From: Planctomycetota bacterium | Lineage (GTDB): Bacteria > Planctomycetota > Planctomycetia > JALXBF01 | Assembly: GCA_026991575.1 (NCBI GenBank) | Contig: JALXBF010000136.1 | Location: 1 to 45,905 of the forward strand | Length of the DNA: 45,905 bases | Direction of reading: 5' to 3' | Part shown: in pieces, positions 1 through 9,852 of the stretch | Position numbering within the stretch: position 1 is the stretch's first letter | How the letters are laid out: the number at the start of each line of letters is the position of its first letter | Translations under genes and position numbers: made by a program | Notes under the pieces: generated by a model | What the model saw: the letters and a program-made list of their open reading frames with translations, nothing else | Database searches by the model: none | Told to the model about the DNA's origin: nothing

Positions 1-1
1 C

Positions 2-313
2 GGGGCGGTCGGGGGGGGGGGTGGGGGAGGGGGCATGGGCGCGGGACGGGGCGTGGGCGCACGGCCGGAGCAAGCGGACCAAGTGGCCACGTACGACACG
101 CGCGTCCGGGGCCAATTGCATCGTGGCGGACGGGCGGAAGTGAGTCCCACGCCGTTCGGACCGGTGGTTCCCGGCGATAGCGTCGCGATCCCGACCTTGC
201 CCGGCGAGCAGACCAAGACGGTGGTCGATCCGGGAGCCATCGACCGCGAGGTGATCCCGCGGCTCTACAAGCAGCACGCACGACAGTACATCGACGCGCT
301 GAACCGTCCGTAG
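2..313 (+). CDS. C-terminal part of a hypothetical protein (5'-truncated by the window edge)
   Basis: The frame is open from base 2 (GAVGGGGGGGG-MGAGRG...) to TAG at 313. A Gly-rich linker is followed by an 'IPRLYKQHARQYIDAL' tail of the kind seen at the C-termini of planctomycete coiled-coil proteins. Convergent with the next gene. Confidence 0.55.
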   Translation, partial: GAVGGGGGGGGMGAGRGVGARPEQADQVATYDTRVRGQLHRGGRAEVSPTPFGPVVPGDSVAIPTLPGEQTKTVVDPGAIDREVIPRLYKQHARQYIDALNRP

Positions 314-323
314 CCGACCGGGC

Positions 324-2132
324 CTAAGGCGTGCGCGGTTCTGCGATGGGCCACTCTAGACTAACCCACCAGATACCGCAGTCGTCGTACGAGCCGGGCT
401 CGTCTCGCTGAGGCCGCTGCTTGAGAGCCAGCGTGTTGTCGCCTACTTTGAGCAGTTCGCGAGGCAAGGTGATCCGGACACGGGCAGGTCGCCCGCGCTG
501 CCGTGGGAGATATCGGTTGACGAAGTCCACTTCCTTGCCGTTGACGTAGACGCTTGTCCGCAGGAAGCCGTCGCGGAGTTCGGCGTAGTAGGTCGCGCCT
601 GGATACATCGGCTCCATATCCACAACATCCATGACCAGCCAGATCGTCTTGGGAACCTCTTCCAGTTGGAAGTGCCAGGTGACTTGGTTTCCCTCTGGGT
701 ACGGCCGCTGCATGTGCAGCTCGACTGCATCACCCAGGTGATGGAACCCGGAATCGACGAGCAGCCAGTTCCCGTAGCGGCCGGGCATGATCGCACGGAC
801 CTGATCGATCGGCACACGCAGGCGCCCGAGCGTGGGGTGTTCCAGCAGGAACGTGTCTGCCTCGACGCCCTGTAGGACTCCCTCCAGGTTCGCTCCCCGT
901 CGCACGCTGGTGCTTTCGGAAGGGGCCAGAAGGTTCGGCGTCTTCAGCAGCAGGCGGGCCCGCTGGCCGACCAGCCGAACCGGCTGCGTCTGGGATGGCC
1001 TCAAGAACACGCGGTGCACGACGCGCCAGGGGAACCGAAGCACACCGTACTCGGTGCGTAGCGACACATGGCGTGCGTCGAGGTTGGTGAGCTCCCCATA
1101 AAACTGTGTTCCGCCATACAGCAGCACCTCGTCCTGGTCCGCCGCCGGTTGACGGGGCAGCTGGGTGCGCCGCCTCGTACGCACTTCGATGTCGTCCACC
1201 ACAAGCGGCTCGTCGCGGTTGGCTGCTGCTGCAGGTGGCCCGTCGGGTCGAGCGGCCGCGAGAGCCTCGGGCACGGCCACCGTGCATTCCACCAGCTCCC
1301 CCAGCGGTTGGTGGAACGCCGCCAGCAGTGCATCGTCAACCGTGACGACCACACCGTCCTCGTCCTGGGCCACGACCAGCCGGTGCCAGCCGATGGAGCG
1401 CTCGATCGGCTCGACCGCCACGGGGGGGCCTTCGGGCATAGCCAGCGCGACCATGGCCGATCGTGGCAGCAGCAGTACCTGCAGTGGCACCCGGCGTGCC
1501 CCGCGACGGAACGTGAACTCCATCAGGTACCCGCGGCGGTGGCGTGCTGGCCCGGGATCGAAGTAGGCCAGCTGAGCAACCCCCTCGGCCACCGCCGGGT
1601 CAACCGTCACGGTGGCCTGGTCGCCGACGTTCTGCAGCACCAGGCCCGCGGTGCCGGCCACTCCTTTGCCGGGCCGGACGGCTGCGTCACCAGCCAGACG
1701 GGGCAGGTCTTCGTCCCGGTCAAAGTCGGAGTTGAACACCGGCGCAAGCTCGCGGAAGTGTGTGACCTGAGCGATGCTGGTCAGCGGCACGTGGAACCGA
1801 TCACCGAGAGCGTGCACGAGGAGTTTCCCATCGACGAGGCGTTCGATCTGCACCGGCACGCGCTCCACCCCCCACAGCCTCAGCTCATGGTCAGGGCTCT
1901 GATGGCGGAGCGATCCCTGTGGGTGCTCCAGGATCACGAGCGGGTAGGCGGCCAGCGGTGAGCGGTGGCCGTCGGCCGGTTCGATCCACCAGCGTTGCTC
2001 GGCGGCATCCCACGTCAGGCGGCCGCTGATGCTGGCTCCGCGCGCGTCGGTCGCTTTGACGGGCAGCTGGCCAAACGCCGGCCCCTTGAGCAACCACGGC
2101 ATCAAGGCAAGAATAAGATAGGTTCGGTTCAT
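324..2132 (-). CDS. Secreted hypothetical protein with beta-rich domains
   Basis: Long ORF (648 aa in the track). The ATG at 2132 gives a Sec signal peptide (MNRTYLILALMPWLLKGPAFG-Q). There is a central LamG/ConA-like stretch (GWHRLVV...VTVDD) and a C-terminal beta-sandwich (VYVNGKEV...LKVGDNTL). Confidence 0.75.
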   Translation of the reverse strand: MNRTYLILALMPWLLKGPAFGQLPVKATDARGASISGRLTWDAAEQRWWIEPADGHRSPLAAYPLVILEHPQGSLRHQSPDHELRLWGVERVPVQIERLVDGKLLVHALGDRFHVPLTSIAQVTHFRELAPVFNSDFDRDEDLPRLAGDAAVRPGKGVAGTAGLVLQNVGDQATVTVDPAVAEGVAQLAYFDPGPARHRRGYLMEFTFRRGARRVPLQVLLLPRSAMVALAMPEGPPVAVEPIERSIGWHRLVVAQDEDGVVVTVDDALLAAFHQPLGELVECTVAVPEALAAARPDGPPAAAANRDEPLVVDDIEVRTRRRTQLPRQPAADQDEVLLYGGTQFYGELTNLDARHVSLRTEYGVLRFPWRVVHRVFLRPSQTQPVRLVGQRARLLLKTPNLLAPSESTSVRRGANLEGVLQGVEADTFLLEHPTLGRLRVPIDQVRAIMPGRYGNWLLVDSGFHHLGDAVELHMQRPYPEGNQVTWHFQLEEVPKTIWLVMDVVDMEPMYPGATYYAELRDGFLRTSVYVNGKEVDFVNRYLPRQRGRPARVRITLPRELLKVGDNTLALKQRPQRDEPGSYDDCGIWWVSLEWPIAEPRTP

Positions 2133-2322
2133 GTTCCTGACATGTCGGCGGTTCGTTTGCAGAGGCGTACCCGTCACGGTCACGATCCTGAGCGGGGGCA
2201 AGCTGAGTCGGCATTCGGTCTGCTGGAGCAGGTGGCAGCTCGCGCCGTTGGTTAATCTTAGTCCCGGCATTGTGCCGAGTCAGGAACAGGAGCTAGACTA
2301 GTGTGTAGGGCACCGTGACGCG

Positions 2323-4071
2323 ATGGTCCGGAGAGTGGGCTTGACTGAGGCGGACGTCGAGATCCTGGTTGTGGGAGACCTGGAAACGGTTCGGCGGCTC
2401 GTTGATGCGGGCATCCATCGCGGGGAAGCCTGCCGATGCGTCCCGAGCCTAGCGGAGGCGTTGCAACTACTGTGTCGCAGATCGGCCTCGTTTGAGGCCG
2501 TTGTTTTTGCGCCCCAGGACCAACAACAGCGTCAACAGCTGCACATCGTTCTGGAAGCCCTGCCAATCCTGGACGCTGTGCCGGACGGCGTTGCACTGGT
2601 CGACGAGCATGCACGCATCCGGTGGGCAAACGCTGCCTTCGCAGAGCAATCGGTGCTGGAGGATCCAACAGGTGCAGATTTCTATGGGGCGCTTGGCAGA
2701 CCGGAGTTCGAAGGGCCGTTTGCCTGTCCGATTACCCGTGCCCGCGAGACGATGCAGCGTTCCCACAGCGTGCTTGCGCGCGACGACGGCCGCTATTACC
2801 AGGTGACAGCCGTTCCGCTCTGTGGCGGCGACGGCACGCTGGCCGCCATCATCGCGATCACGCGGGACATCACCAACGAGGTGCTCCAGCGGCAGAAGCT
2901 GCATGCGGTACACCAGGCGGGCGCCGAGCTGGCCGATCTCACGCCCGATACGCTGGCAGAGATGGACGTCAAGCAGCGGATCGAGCTGTTGAAGAGCCAG
3001 ATTCTGCGACACACGAAAGACATCCTGCAGCTCGACTCGATCGAGATTCGCTTGCTGGACAAGGCAACCGGCCGGCTCGACCCGCTGCTTTGCGTCGGCA
3101 TGAACCCCGAGGCAAGCCAGCGGCCGCTGTACGCGCGCACCGAAGGCAATGGCGTCACGGGCTACGTGGCGGCTACCGGTCGTAGCTACCTGTGCCAGGA
3201 CACGGCACACGATCCGCTCTATCTGCCCGGAGCGCCGGGCGCGAAGAGCTCCATCACAGTACCGCTGATCCTGCACGACGAGGTGATCGGCACGTTTAAC
3301 GTGGAAACCCCCCAGCCCGGCCGGTTCACCGAGGACGACGTGCTGTTCCTGGAACTATACGCCCGCGATGTCGCCAAAGCCCTGCGGACGCTAGAGCTCC
3401 TGCATGCCGAGAAGCTCACGGCAGCAAGCGAGTCGGTGGAATTGATCAGCCGCGAAGTGTCGATGCCGGTTGATGCAATCCTGCGCGAGGCGACCTGGGT
3501 ACTGGACCGCTACATCGGACACGACCAGGAGCTCTCTGAGCGGCTCCGCCGGATCCTGGCTGCCGCGCGGGAGATCAAGCATCTGATTCAGCGGGTAGGC
3601 GAACAGGTGGCACCCTCGGATGCGATCCCGGTCCAGCGGATCCGTCCCCCGCGCCATCCGTTGCTGATTGGCAAACGGATCCTGCTGGCCGACGCGGACG
3701 AGGCGGTGCGCCAGGCAGCTCACGCGCTGCTGGAGCGATACGGCTGCACGGTCGAGGCGGTTGCGAGCGGTGCCGAGGCAATAGCAATGGCGCGAGTTTC
3801 ACCGTACGACGTGTTCATCTGCGACATCCGCCTGCCCGACATGTGCGGCTACGACATCTTCCGAGCGTTGCGCGAGATTCAGCCCGAGACACCGGTGATC
3901 CTGATGAGCGGCTTTGGTTATGACCCGTCGCATTCCATCGTCCGGGCACGTCGTCTGGGACTGACCAGCGTCCTGTACAAACCCTTCCGTGTCGATCGTC
4001 TCATTGCGGCAATCGAGTCTGTGCTGACGAAGCCCCCCTGCTCGGAAGCGCCCCCGTCCAGGCGTGGCTGA
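2323..4071 (+). CDS. PAS-GAF-receiver signal transduction protein with a degenerate HisKA-like helix and no HATPase domain
   Basis: PAS (ILDAVPDGVALVD...WANAAF...ITRDIT), GAF (GNGVTGYVAATG...SSITVPL...VIGTFNVE), and C-terminal REC (RILLADAD...DVFICDIRLPD...ILMSG...LYKPF). Confidence 0.85.
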   Translation: MVRRVGLTEADVEILVVGDLETVRRLVDAGIHRGEACRCVPSLAEALQLLCRRSASFEAVVFAPQDQQQRQQLHIVLEALPILDAVPDGVALVDEHARIRWANAAFAEQSVLEDPTGADFYGALGRPEFEGPFACPITRARETMQRSHSVLARDDGRYYQVTAVPLCGGDGTLAAIIAITRDITNEVLQRQKLHAVHQAGAELADLTPDTLAEMDVKQRIELLKSQILRHTKDILQLDSIEIRLLDKATGRLDPLLCVGMNPEASQRPLYARTEGNGVTGYVAATGRSYLCQDTAHDPLYLPGAPGAKSSITVPLILHDEVIGTFNVETPQPGRFTEDDVLFLELYARDVAKALRTLELLHAEKLTAASESVELISREVSMPVDAILREATWVLDRYIGHDQELSERLRRILAAAREIKHLIQRVGEQVAPSDAIPVQRIRPPRHPLLIGKRILLADADEAVRQAAHALLERYGCTVEAVASGAEAIAMARVSPYDVFICDIRLPDMCGYDIFRALREIQPETPVILMSGFGYDPSHSIVRARRLGLTSVLYKPFRVDRLIAAIESVLTKPPCSEAPPSRRG

Positions 4072-4460
4072 CGCGTTCACCGCAGGGCCGGCCGACGCGC
4101 AGGACGGCACGCGTACGCGCCCTTTGCGTGAGGACACGGCGGTCGAAGTCAGATGGCTGATCCGTTCGTGCGCGCTGTTCGCTTGGGGGTGGCGGGCCGC
4201 CACGTGTGGTTCTCGCCGGTGGTCCCGCCGGTGGTGTTCCCCGGAAGGCAGCTGCAGAGTAACACGAGCCTGCGCCCCGCGTTGCGCGACCGTCTGACCA
4301 CAGCATCATGGCGCGCAATCCGTTGCGCCAAATCACCGCTGACCACCCCGTTTCCGTCCGCCGCCCCACCTGTAACGAGCACTACTGCCCGCTGAGGCAA
4401 CCTGCGGGGGCCGCCGTGCGCGGCTCGTCGGTCCGTGTACCGCGCCGGCTCGATTCGCTA

Positions 4461-4490
4461 TTGACAGGGCCATCCGGGTAAGCCTAAAGT
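4461..4490 (+). promoter_or_regulatory. Sigma-70-type promoter candidate for ispE-spoVG
   Basis: Perfect TTGACA (4461-4466), an 18-bp spacer and TAAAGT (4485-4490), in an AT-richer patch ~130 bp upstream of ispE. Confidence 0.6.
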
Positions 4491-4623
4491 AAACAATGCC
4501 TTACGCAGCAGGGACGAGTGCGTCAGGCAAGACTCGCATCGAACGCACTTCGTCTCGCTTTCTCGACCGACACGTTAGCGCGCAATCGATCAACGAGAGT
4601 GGCAGCAGAAAAGCGGTGGCGTC

Positions 4624-5517
4624 TTGGGACGGCGTGCAACGGGGCAGCGTGGCGATCGGTGGCTCGTGCGAGCACCCGCAAAGCTGAACTTGTACCTGGC
4701 CGTGCTCGGCGAGCGAGCCGATGGTTACCACGAGCTGTTGACCCTGCTTGTGGCCGTTGACCTGAGCGATACGTTACTGTTTCGATCCGCGCCCGGACAG
4801 CAGAAGCCAGTGGAGCTTCGCTGTAACGTTGCGGCGCTGGAGGCGGCGGACAATCTGGTGCTCCGGGCTATCGAGTTGATGCGTGCTCGGTGTGGGGTGC
4901 CGGATGAGCCGTTATCGATCTGGTTGCACAAACGCATCCCGTCGGGTGCTGGGCTGGGTGGCGGCTCAAGCGATGCAGCGGCGACGTTGCGTACAGTGGC
5001 GGACCGCTATGGCGTGGCGTTGTCTCGGGAGCAGCTCGTTGCCTGGAGCGCCACACTCGGCAGCGACTGCCCGTTTTTTGCCGCCGGGGAGCCGGCGGCG
5101 GTCGCGCGGGGCCGTGGCGAGCGGCTAACAGCAGTACGGCTGCGTCGCAAGATGGACATCGTCGTCCACTGGCCCGGCGTGCACGTTGCCACGGGTGACG
5201 TGTTCGCACGCGCAACGCCGCGGCCCGCCGAGGAGTCCGAGGTTCGAAGGCTAGTGGAAGCAATCGAAGCCGAAGAGCCTGCCGAGGTGCTGGTGCCGCT
5301 CTTGCGAAACGATCTGCTGGAGCCGGCTTGCTCTCTGGCCCCGGTCATCGGCCGCTCGGTAAGGATGATGCGCGACGCCGGGCTGGCCGCTACCATGACC
5401 GGCAGTGGCTCGGCGGTCTTTGGCATCGCACGGAATCGCCAGGAGGCAATACGCGTTGGCAAACAACTCCGCAAACATCTTCCGGGCTTGGTCACCATCG
5501 TTCGCAACTTGGGGTAG
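4624..5517 (+). CDS. ispE: 4-diphosphocytidyl-2-C-methyl-D-erythritol kinase
   Basis: APAKLNLYL...RADGYHEL, GHMP kinase motif KRIPSGAGLGGGSSDAAA, LGSDCPFF, MTGSGSAVF. Confidence 0.95.
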   Translation: MGRRATGQRGDRWLVRAPAKLNLYLAVLGERADGYHELLTLLVAVDLSDTLLFRSAPGQQKPVELRCNVAALEAADNLVLRAIELMRARCGVPDEPLSIWLHKRIPSGAGLGGGSSDAAATLRTVADRYGVALSREQLVAWSATLGSDCPFFAAGEPAAVARGRGERLTAVRLRRKMDIVVHWPGVHVATGDVFARATPRPAEESEVRRLVEAIEAEEPAEVLVPLLRNDLLEPACSLAPVIGRSVRMMRDAGLAATMTGSGSAVFGIARNRQEAIRVGKQLRKHLPGLVTIVRNLG

Positions 5518-5540
5518 AGCCGCTGGAAAGGAGCAGCGTC

Positions 5541-6083
5541 GTGCGAGTCACAGAAGTGCGCATCAAGCTCACGGACGAGGCAACGCAGCAGGGCAACGAC
5601 CGGCTGCGTGCCTTTTGCTCGGTCACCTTCGATAATGCGTTCGTCGTACGAGACATCCGACTCATAGAGGGAGGGCGTGGGCTGTTTGTTGCCATGCCCA
5701 GCCGGAAACTCACCGATCGTTGTCCTGCCTGCCGGCAGAAAAACCCGCTGACCGCTCGCTACTGCAACAACTGCGGTAAACGTTTGCCCGAGGGTCGTGT
5801 GCCCCGCGATGCCGATGGCCGCCCCCGGCTTCACCAGGACGTGGCTCACCCGATCAACCAACGCTGTCGGGACATGATCCAGGAGGCGGTCATTCAGGCG
5901 TTCTACGAAGAGCTGGAGCGGGCCAAGCAGCCCGGATACGTCTCACGCTACGACGACCCGTTCGACGTGACCCGGTCGCCGCATCTGAGCAGTTGCCCGC
6001 CACCGGATCCTTCGTTCGGCCCTCAGCATCCGACCGGTGGCAACAACGCCGCCGCGGACCAGAGGCACCCTGAGTCGGCTTAA
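5541..6083 (+). CDS. spoVG: SpoVG family nucleic-acid-binding protein with a zinc-ribbon insertion
   Basis: GTG start at 5541 after RBS AAGGAG. VTEVRIK...LRAFCSVTFDNAFVVRDIRLIEG...GLFVAMPSRK and DVAHPIN are SpoVG hallmarks. A CPAC-x10-CNNC insert is present. Confidence 0.9.
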   Translation: MRVTEVRIKLTDEATQQGNDRLRAFCSVTFDNAFVVRDIRLIEGGRGLFVAMPSRKLTDRCPACRQKNPLTARYCNNCGKRLPEGRVPRDADGRPRLHQDVAHPINQRCRDMIQEAVIQAFYEELERAKQPGYVSRYDDPFDVTRSPHLSSCPPPDPSFGPQHPTGGNNAAADQRHPESA

Positions 6084-6874
6084 CCAGCCCGCAGCCACCG
6101 CACGGCGTTCTCAAAGATCCGGCGTCCGCTGCCCAGCGGGCCGCGATCGGGGTCGGATCGGGTCCACCGGGGGTGATGGTGGTCGAGGACGTGCCGCTCC
6201 GGGTGCGGCATCAGCCCGAGGATCCGACCGGTGCGGTCAGCCAGGCCCGCGACGTCGCCCTCGGAACCGTTCGGATTCCATGGATACGGTACGCCGTCGG
6301 CCGAAACGCCCGGCGGCGCGCTGTAACGCAACAGCCCGCGAGAGCCATCCTGGAGAATCTGCGTCAGGTCCTCAGCGGTCCGTACCGTGAATCTCCCTTC
6401 GGCATGAGCCACCGGCAGATGCAGCCGGTCCAGCCCGGCAAGGAACGGACTGTTGCCCGCGCGCACCTGCAACCACACCCATCGGTCTTCAAAGCGGCCC
6501 GAATCGTTGAAGCTCAACGTCACGCGACCTGCGCCCGTGTCTGGGTCGGGCAGCAGACCGGCCTTGACCAACACTTGAAACCCGTTGCAGATGCCCAGGA
6601 TCAGGCCGCCGCGGGCATGGAGCCGCAACACCGCATCCTTCAAGTAGCGGCTCAACTCCAGCGCGAAGACCTTGCCGGCCGCAATGTCGTCACCGTAGCT
6701 GAAGCCACCCGGGATGACCAACAGCTGAAACCGGTCCAACTGCTCCGGTTGCTCCCGCAGCGCAAAGACATGTCGACGCTCCACATCCGCCCCGGCCTGC
6801 TCCAGCGCGTAGGCCGTTTCAACGTCGCAGTTCGTGCCGGGCGCTCTCAGCACCAACGCTCGCACCGTCGCCAT
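6080..6874 (-). CDS. purQ: Phosphoribosylformylglycinamidine synthase glutaminase subunit
   Basis: PGTNCD, PGGFSYGD, catalytic GICNGFQ, PVAHAEG, NPNGS, GLMPHPER. ATG at 6874 lies just after the purL stop. Confidence 0.95.
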   Translation of the reverse strand: MATVRALVLRAPGTNCDVETAYALEQAGADVERRHVFALREQPEQLDRFQLLVIPGGFSYGDDIAAGKVFALELSRYLKDAVLRLHARGGLILGICNGFQVLVKAGLLPDPDTGAGRVTLSFNDSGRFEDRWVWLQVRAGNSPFLAGLDRLHLPVAHAEGRFTVRTAEDLTQILQDGSRGLLRYSAPPGVSADGVPYPWNPNGSEGDVAGLADRTGRILGLMPHPERHVLDHHHPRWTRSDPDRGPLGSGRRIFENAVRWLRAG

Positions 6875-6876
6875 GG

Positions 6877-9852
6877 TCACCAATCCAGGGGAGCTTGCCA
6901 GGCCGCCTTGATCCGCTCAATGCCTACATCCAGCACGATCTTTCCGGCCGCGTCCTCTACGACGACCCGTGGCCGGTCCGTTACTTGACCGAGCAGTCGG
7001 TAACTGATCCCGCCAGCAGCGGCCGCTTCCTCGACGGTCGCAAGCGACCGCTCGGGGACTTCGAGCAGGTAACGACTGGGGGTCTCGGAGCAGAGCCATC
7101 CGAGCCGGAGCTGTTCGGCTGTGGCGTTGTCGGCTTCCAGCTCGCGTACCAGCTCCTCATCGCCAGGCAGCCGGACCGTTACGCCCAGTCGCCCGGCCAG
7201 CGCCATTTCGGCAAGTGCCACCAGGATACCCCCCTCGCTGATGTCATGACAGGCGCGCACTGCGCCGGAGCCGATCAACCGACTCACCACACGCGCCGCG
7301 GCCGGGCCTTCGGTCAAATCCACCGTGGGCACATCACCGCCGTCCCAGCCCAGCAGCCGTGCCAGTGCGCTCTGCCCCAGCTCGGCCCGTGTCCGGCCGA
7401 TCAGCACCAGCAAGTTTCCCGGTTCCTTCAAGTCCATGGTCACACACCGCGCCACGTCGGGCACGATGCCCACAGCGCTGATGAGGATCGTTGGAGGGAT
7501 CACCAACTGCACGGGCTGGCCATCCAGCTCGCCGCGGAATTCGTTATTGAGGCTGTCCTTGCCCGAGATAAACGGCGTGCCGTAAGCCAGCGCACCGTCG
7601 TAACAGGCCAACGCCGCCCGTACCAACGAACCGAGCTGCTCGGGACGGTTCGTGTTCCCCCAGCAGAAGTTGTCTAGCAGGGCAATCCGCTCAGGATCGG
7701 CTCCGACGGCAACGCAGTTGCGCACCGCCTCGTCGATCGCGCAAAGCGTCATCCGATACGGGTCAACTCGGCCGTACCTGGGGTTGATGCCACACGCCAG
7801 CGCCACACCGGCAGGCGACTCAGGCACCGGGCGCAGCACAGCCGCATCCGAGGGGCCATCCTGCACGCGCCCCACCAGCGGCTTCACAACACTCCCCCCC
7901 TGCACCTCGTGGTCGTACTGCCGGATCACCCACTCTTTCGAACAGATGCTCCAATCCGCCAACAGCTCCAGCAGCACCTCCGACAGCGACCGGGCCGACG
8001 TCGCTCCCGGCGGCGGCAGCCGCCGGTCCGCTGCACCGGCAGGCAGCCGAAACTCCGCGCGCCGCAACTTCCTGGGACAGCCCTTATGCAAAAACTCCAA
8101 GTCCAACTCGCCGACCACCTGATCGCCATACTTCAACACCAACTTACCACTGGCCAGAAACCGACCGATCACCGTCGCCTCGACGCCTTCTGCACGACAT
8201 AACCGCTCCAGCTCCGGCCAGCTTTCCTCGGGCACGGCCAACACCATCCGCTCCTGCGACTCGCTGATCCAGATCTCCGTGTAGCTCAGCCCGGCGTACT
8301 TCAGCGGTGCCCGCTCCAGCCACACCTCAGCCCCCAGTCCTTCCGCCATCTCGCCCACGGCCGAGCTGAACCCGCCTGCGCCACAATCAGTGATCGCGTG
8401 GAACAGCCCGCGGTCCCGTGCCGCCAACAGAACGTCCAACATCTTCTTCTCAGTAATCGGATTACCGATCTGAACAGCCCCCCCGGAAAACTCAGCCGAT
8501 TCGCTGTGCAGCTCCACCGACGAGAACGTTGCGCCATGGATGCCGTCACGGCCGGTGCGACCACCGACCGTGACGATCAGATCGCCTGCCTGAGGCGCTT
8601 TGTGCTCCTTGCCCGCCGGAATCAGGCCCAGGCAACCACAGTACACCAACGGATTGCCCAGGTACTCCGGCTCGCTGAGAATGGCGCCGTTAACCGTGGG
8701 GATACCCATGCGGTTGCCGTAGTCACGGACACCGGCAACGACGCCCTTCAGCACCCTTCGGGGATGCAGCACGCCGGCGGGTAGCCGTTCGGGCGCAAGC
8801 GTCAGATCACCCACGCAGAAGACGTCCGTGTTGGCGATCGGCTTTGCACCCAGGCCACAGCCGAGAATATCGCGAATGACACCGCCAACCCCGGTACTTG
8901 CCCCGCCGTACGGTTCGATCGCCGAAGGATGGTTATGCGTTTCCACCTTAAAGCAGAGGTTCCAGTCGCCATCGAAGCGAACGATGCCAGCATTGTCGGC
9001 AAAGACCTTGACACACCAGTCGTGTTGCTGGCCCCAGCGGCGGCGCAACTCCTGGGTTGCGCGAAAGACAGTCTCGCCCAGCAGGGTGTCGAACCGGCGT
9101 GTGCGGTGCGGTCGGCCGTCCGGCCCGTACTCCACGTAGTCGACCGGTCCCTTGAGCGTCTTATGGGAGCAGTGTTCTGACCAGGTCTGTGCGAGCGTCT
9201 CCAGTTCGATGTCCGTGGGCTCGCGACCAAGCTGCCGGTAATAGGCCTGGATAGCCTTCATTTCATCCAGGTCCAGCGCCAGCATTCCGTCGCGGCTAAC
9301 GCGCAACAGCTGCTGTTCGTCCGCATCGCGTAGTGGGACCGTAACTAGCCGAAACTCGTAAGGGGCTGCTTCCTGGAAAACCTCGGCCGGCAACCGGCCC
9401 CAGTGGACCTGCTCGATCGCGTCGTTGGCCAGCACGCGATACGCGACTGTTCGGCGCAACCGGTCGGCAACGGGCTGTTCGAACCGATACGCGCGACCCG
9501 TCCGAACCGCTTCGACCGCCAGTCCCATCTCCTGGAGCGCATCCAGGCAGGTCAGGGCGACCGGGTCCATGACACCGGGGTGGTAAAGCACGTACGCGCA
9601 CGTCGGATCCGGCTCGGTGTGCCGATCCAGCGGCCTAAGCTTGTATACGTCGGCTACGGGATCAGCCAGCAACTCTTCCGCAGCTCGGCGTGCGTCGCGT
9701 TCTGAAAGATTGCCCGCGATGACGTAGAGGCGGCAAAAGCGGACCGGCTCGGGCATGGCCAGGTGCAGCTCGGCAGCCGTTTCCCGGACGCGAGCCCGCT
9801 CAGCATCGTGCAGCCTCGGCTGCAGAGAAACCTCAATGACCCACGTCGTCAT
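6877..9852 (-). CDS. purL: Phosphoribosylformylglycinamidine synthase PurL with N-terminal fused PurS-like domains
   Basis: QTWSEHCSHK, KVETHNHPSAIEPYGGA, GRDGIHGATFSS, DCGAGG, SESQERM, SGKDSLNN, HDISEGG. ATG at 9852 chosen. Confidence 0.95.
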   Translation of the reverse strand: MTTWVIEVSLQPRLHDAERARVRETAAELHLAMPEPVRFCRLYVIAGNLSERDARRAAEELLADPVADVYKLRPLDRHTEPDPTCAYVLYHPGVMDPVALTCLDALQEMGLAVEAVRTGRAYRFEQPVADRLRRTVAYRVLANDAIEQVHWGRLPAEVFQEAAPYEFRLVTVPLRDADEQQLLRVSRDGMLALDLDEMKAIQAYYRQLGREPTDIELETLAQTWSEHCSHKTLKGPVDYVEYGPDGRPHRTRRFDTLLGETVFRATQELRRRWGQQHDWCVKVFADNAGIVRFDGDWNLCFKVETHNHPSAIEPYGGASTGVGGVIRDILGCGLGAKPIANTDVFCVGDLTLAPERLPAGVLHPRRVLKGVVAGVRDYGNRMGIPTVNGAILSEPEYLGNPLVYCGCLGLIPAGKEHKAPQAGDLIVTVGGRTGRDGIHGATFSSVELHSESAEFSGGAVQIGNPITEKKMLDVLLAARDRGLFHAITDCGAGGFSSAVGEMAEGLGAEVWLERAPLKYAGLSYTEIWISESQERMVLAVPEESWPELERLCRAEGVEATVIGRFLASGKLVLKYGDQVVGELDLEFLHKGCPRKLRRAEFRLPAGAADRRLPPPGATSARSLSEVLLELLADWSICSKEWVIRQYDHEVQGGSVVKPLVGRVQDGPSDAAVLRPVPESPAGVALACGINPRYGRVDPYRMTLCAIDEAVRNCVAVGADPERIALLDNFCWGNTNRPEQLGSLVRAALACYDGALAYGTPFISGKDSLNNEFRGELDGQPVQLVIPPTILISAVGIVPDVARCVTMDLKEPGNLLVLIGRTRAELGQSALARLLGWDGGDVPTVDLTEGPAAARVVSRLIGSGAVRACHDISEGGILVALAEMALAGRLGVTVRLPGDEELVRELEADNATAEQLRLGWLCSETPSRYLLEVPERSLATVEEAAAAGGISYRLLGQVTDRPRVVVEDAAGKIVLDVGIERIKAAWQAPLDW

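Noticed and set aside
1..34. Poly-G run at the window start as a G-quadruplex or phase-variable tract
   Set aside because: It reads in frame as a Gly linker and sits at the sequence edge, where poly-G sequencing or assembly artefacts are common, so it cannot be interpreted.
4200..4290. SRP (4.5S) RNA-like CCGGAAGG-CAGC segment
   Set aside because: It lacks the conserved TCAGG...AGCAG symmetric loop and a convincing long stem.
4064..4400. Small ORFs in the gap between the PAS/GAF gene and ispE
   Set aside because: Several short overlapping frames with low-complexity Arg/Pro/Ala composition, no RBS and no motif.
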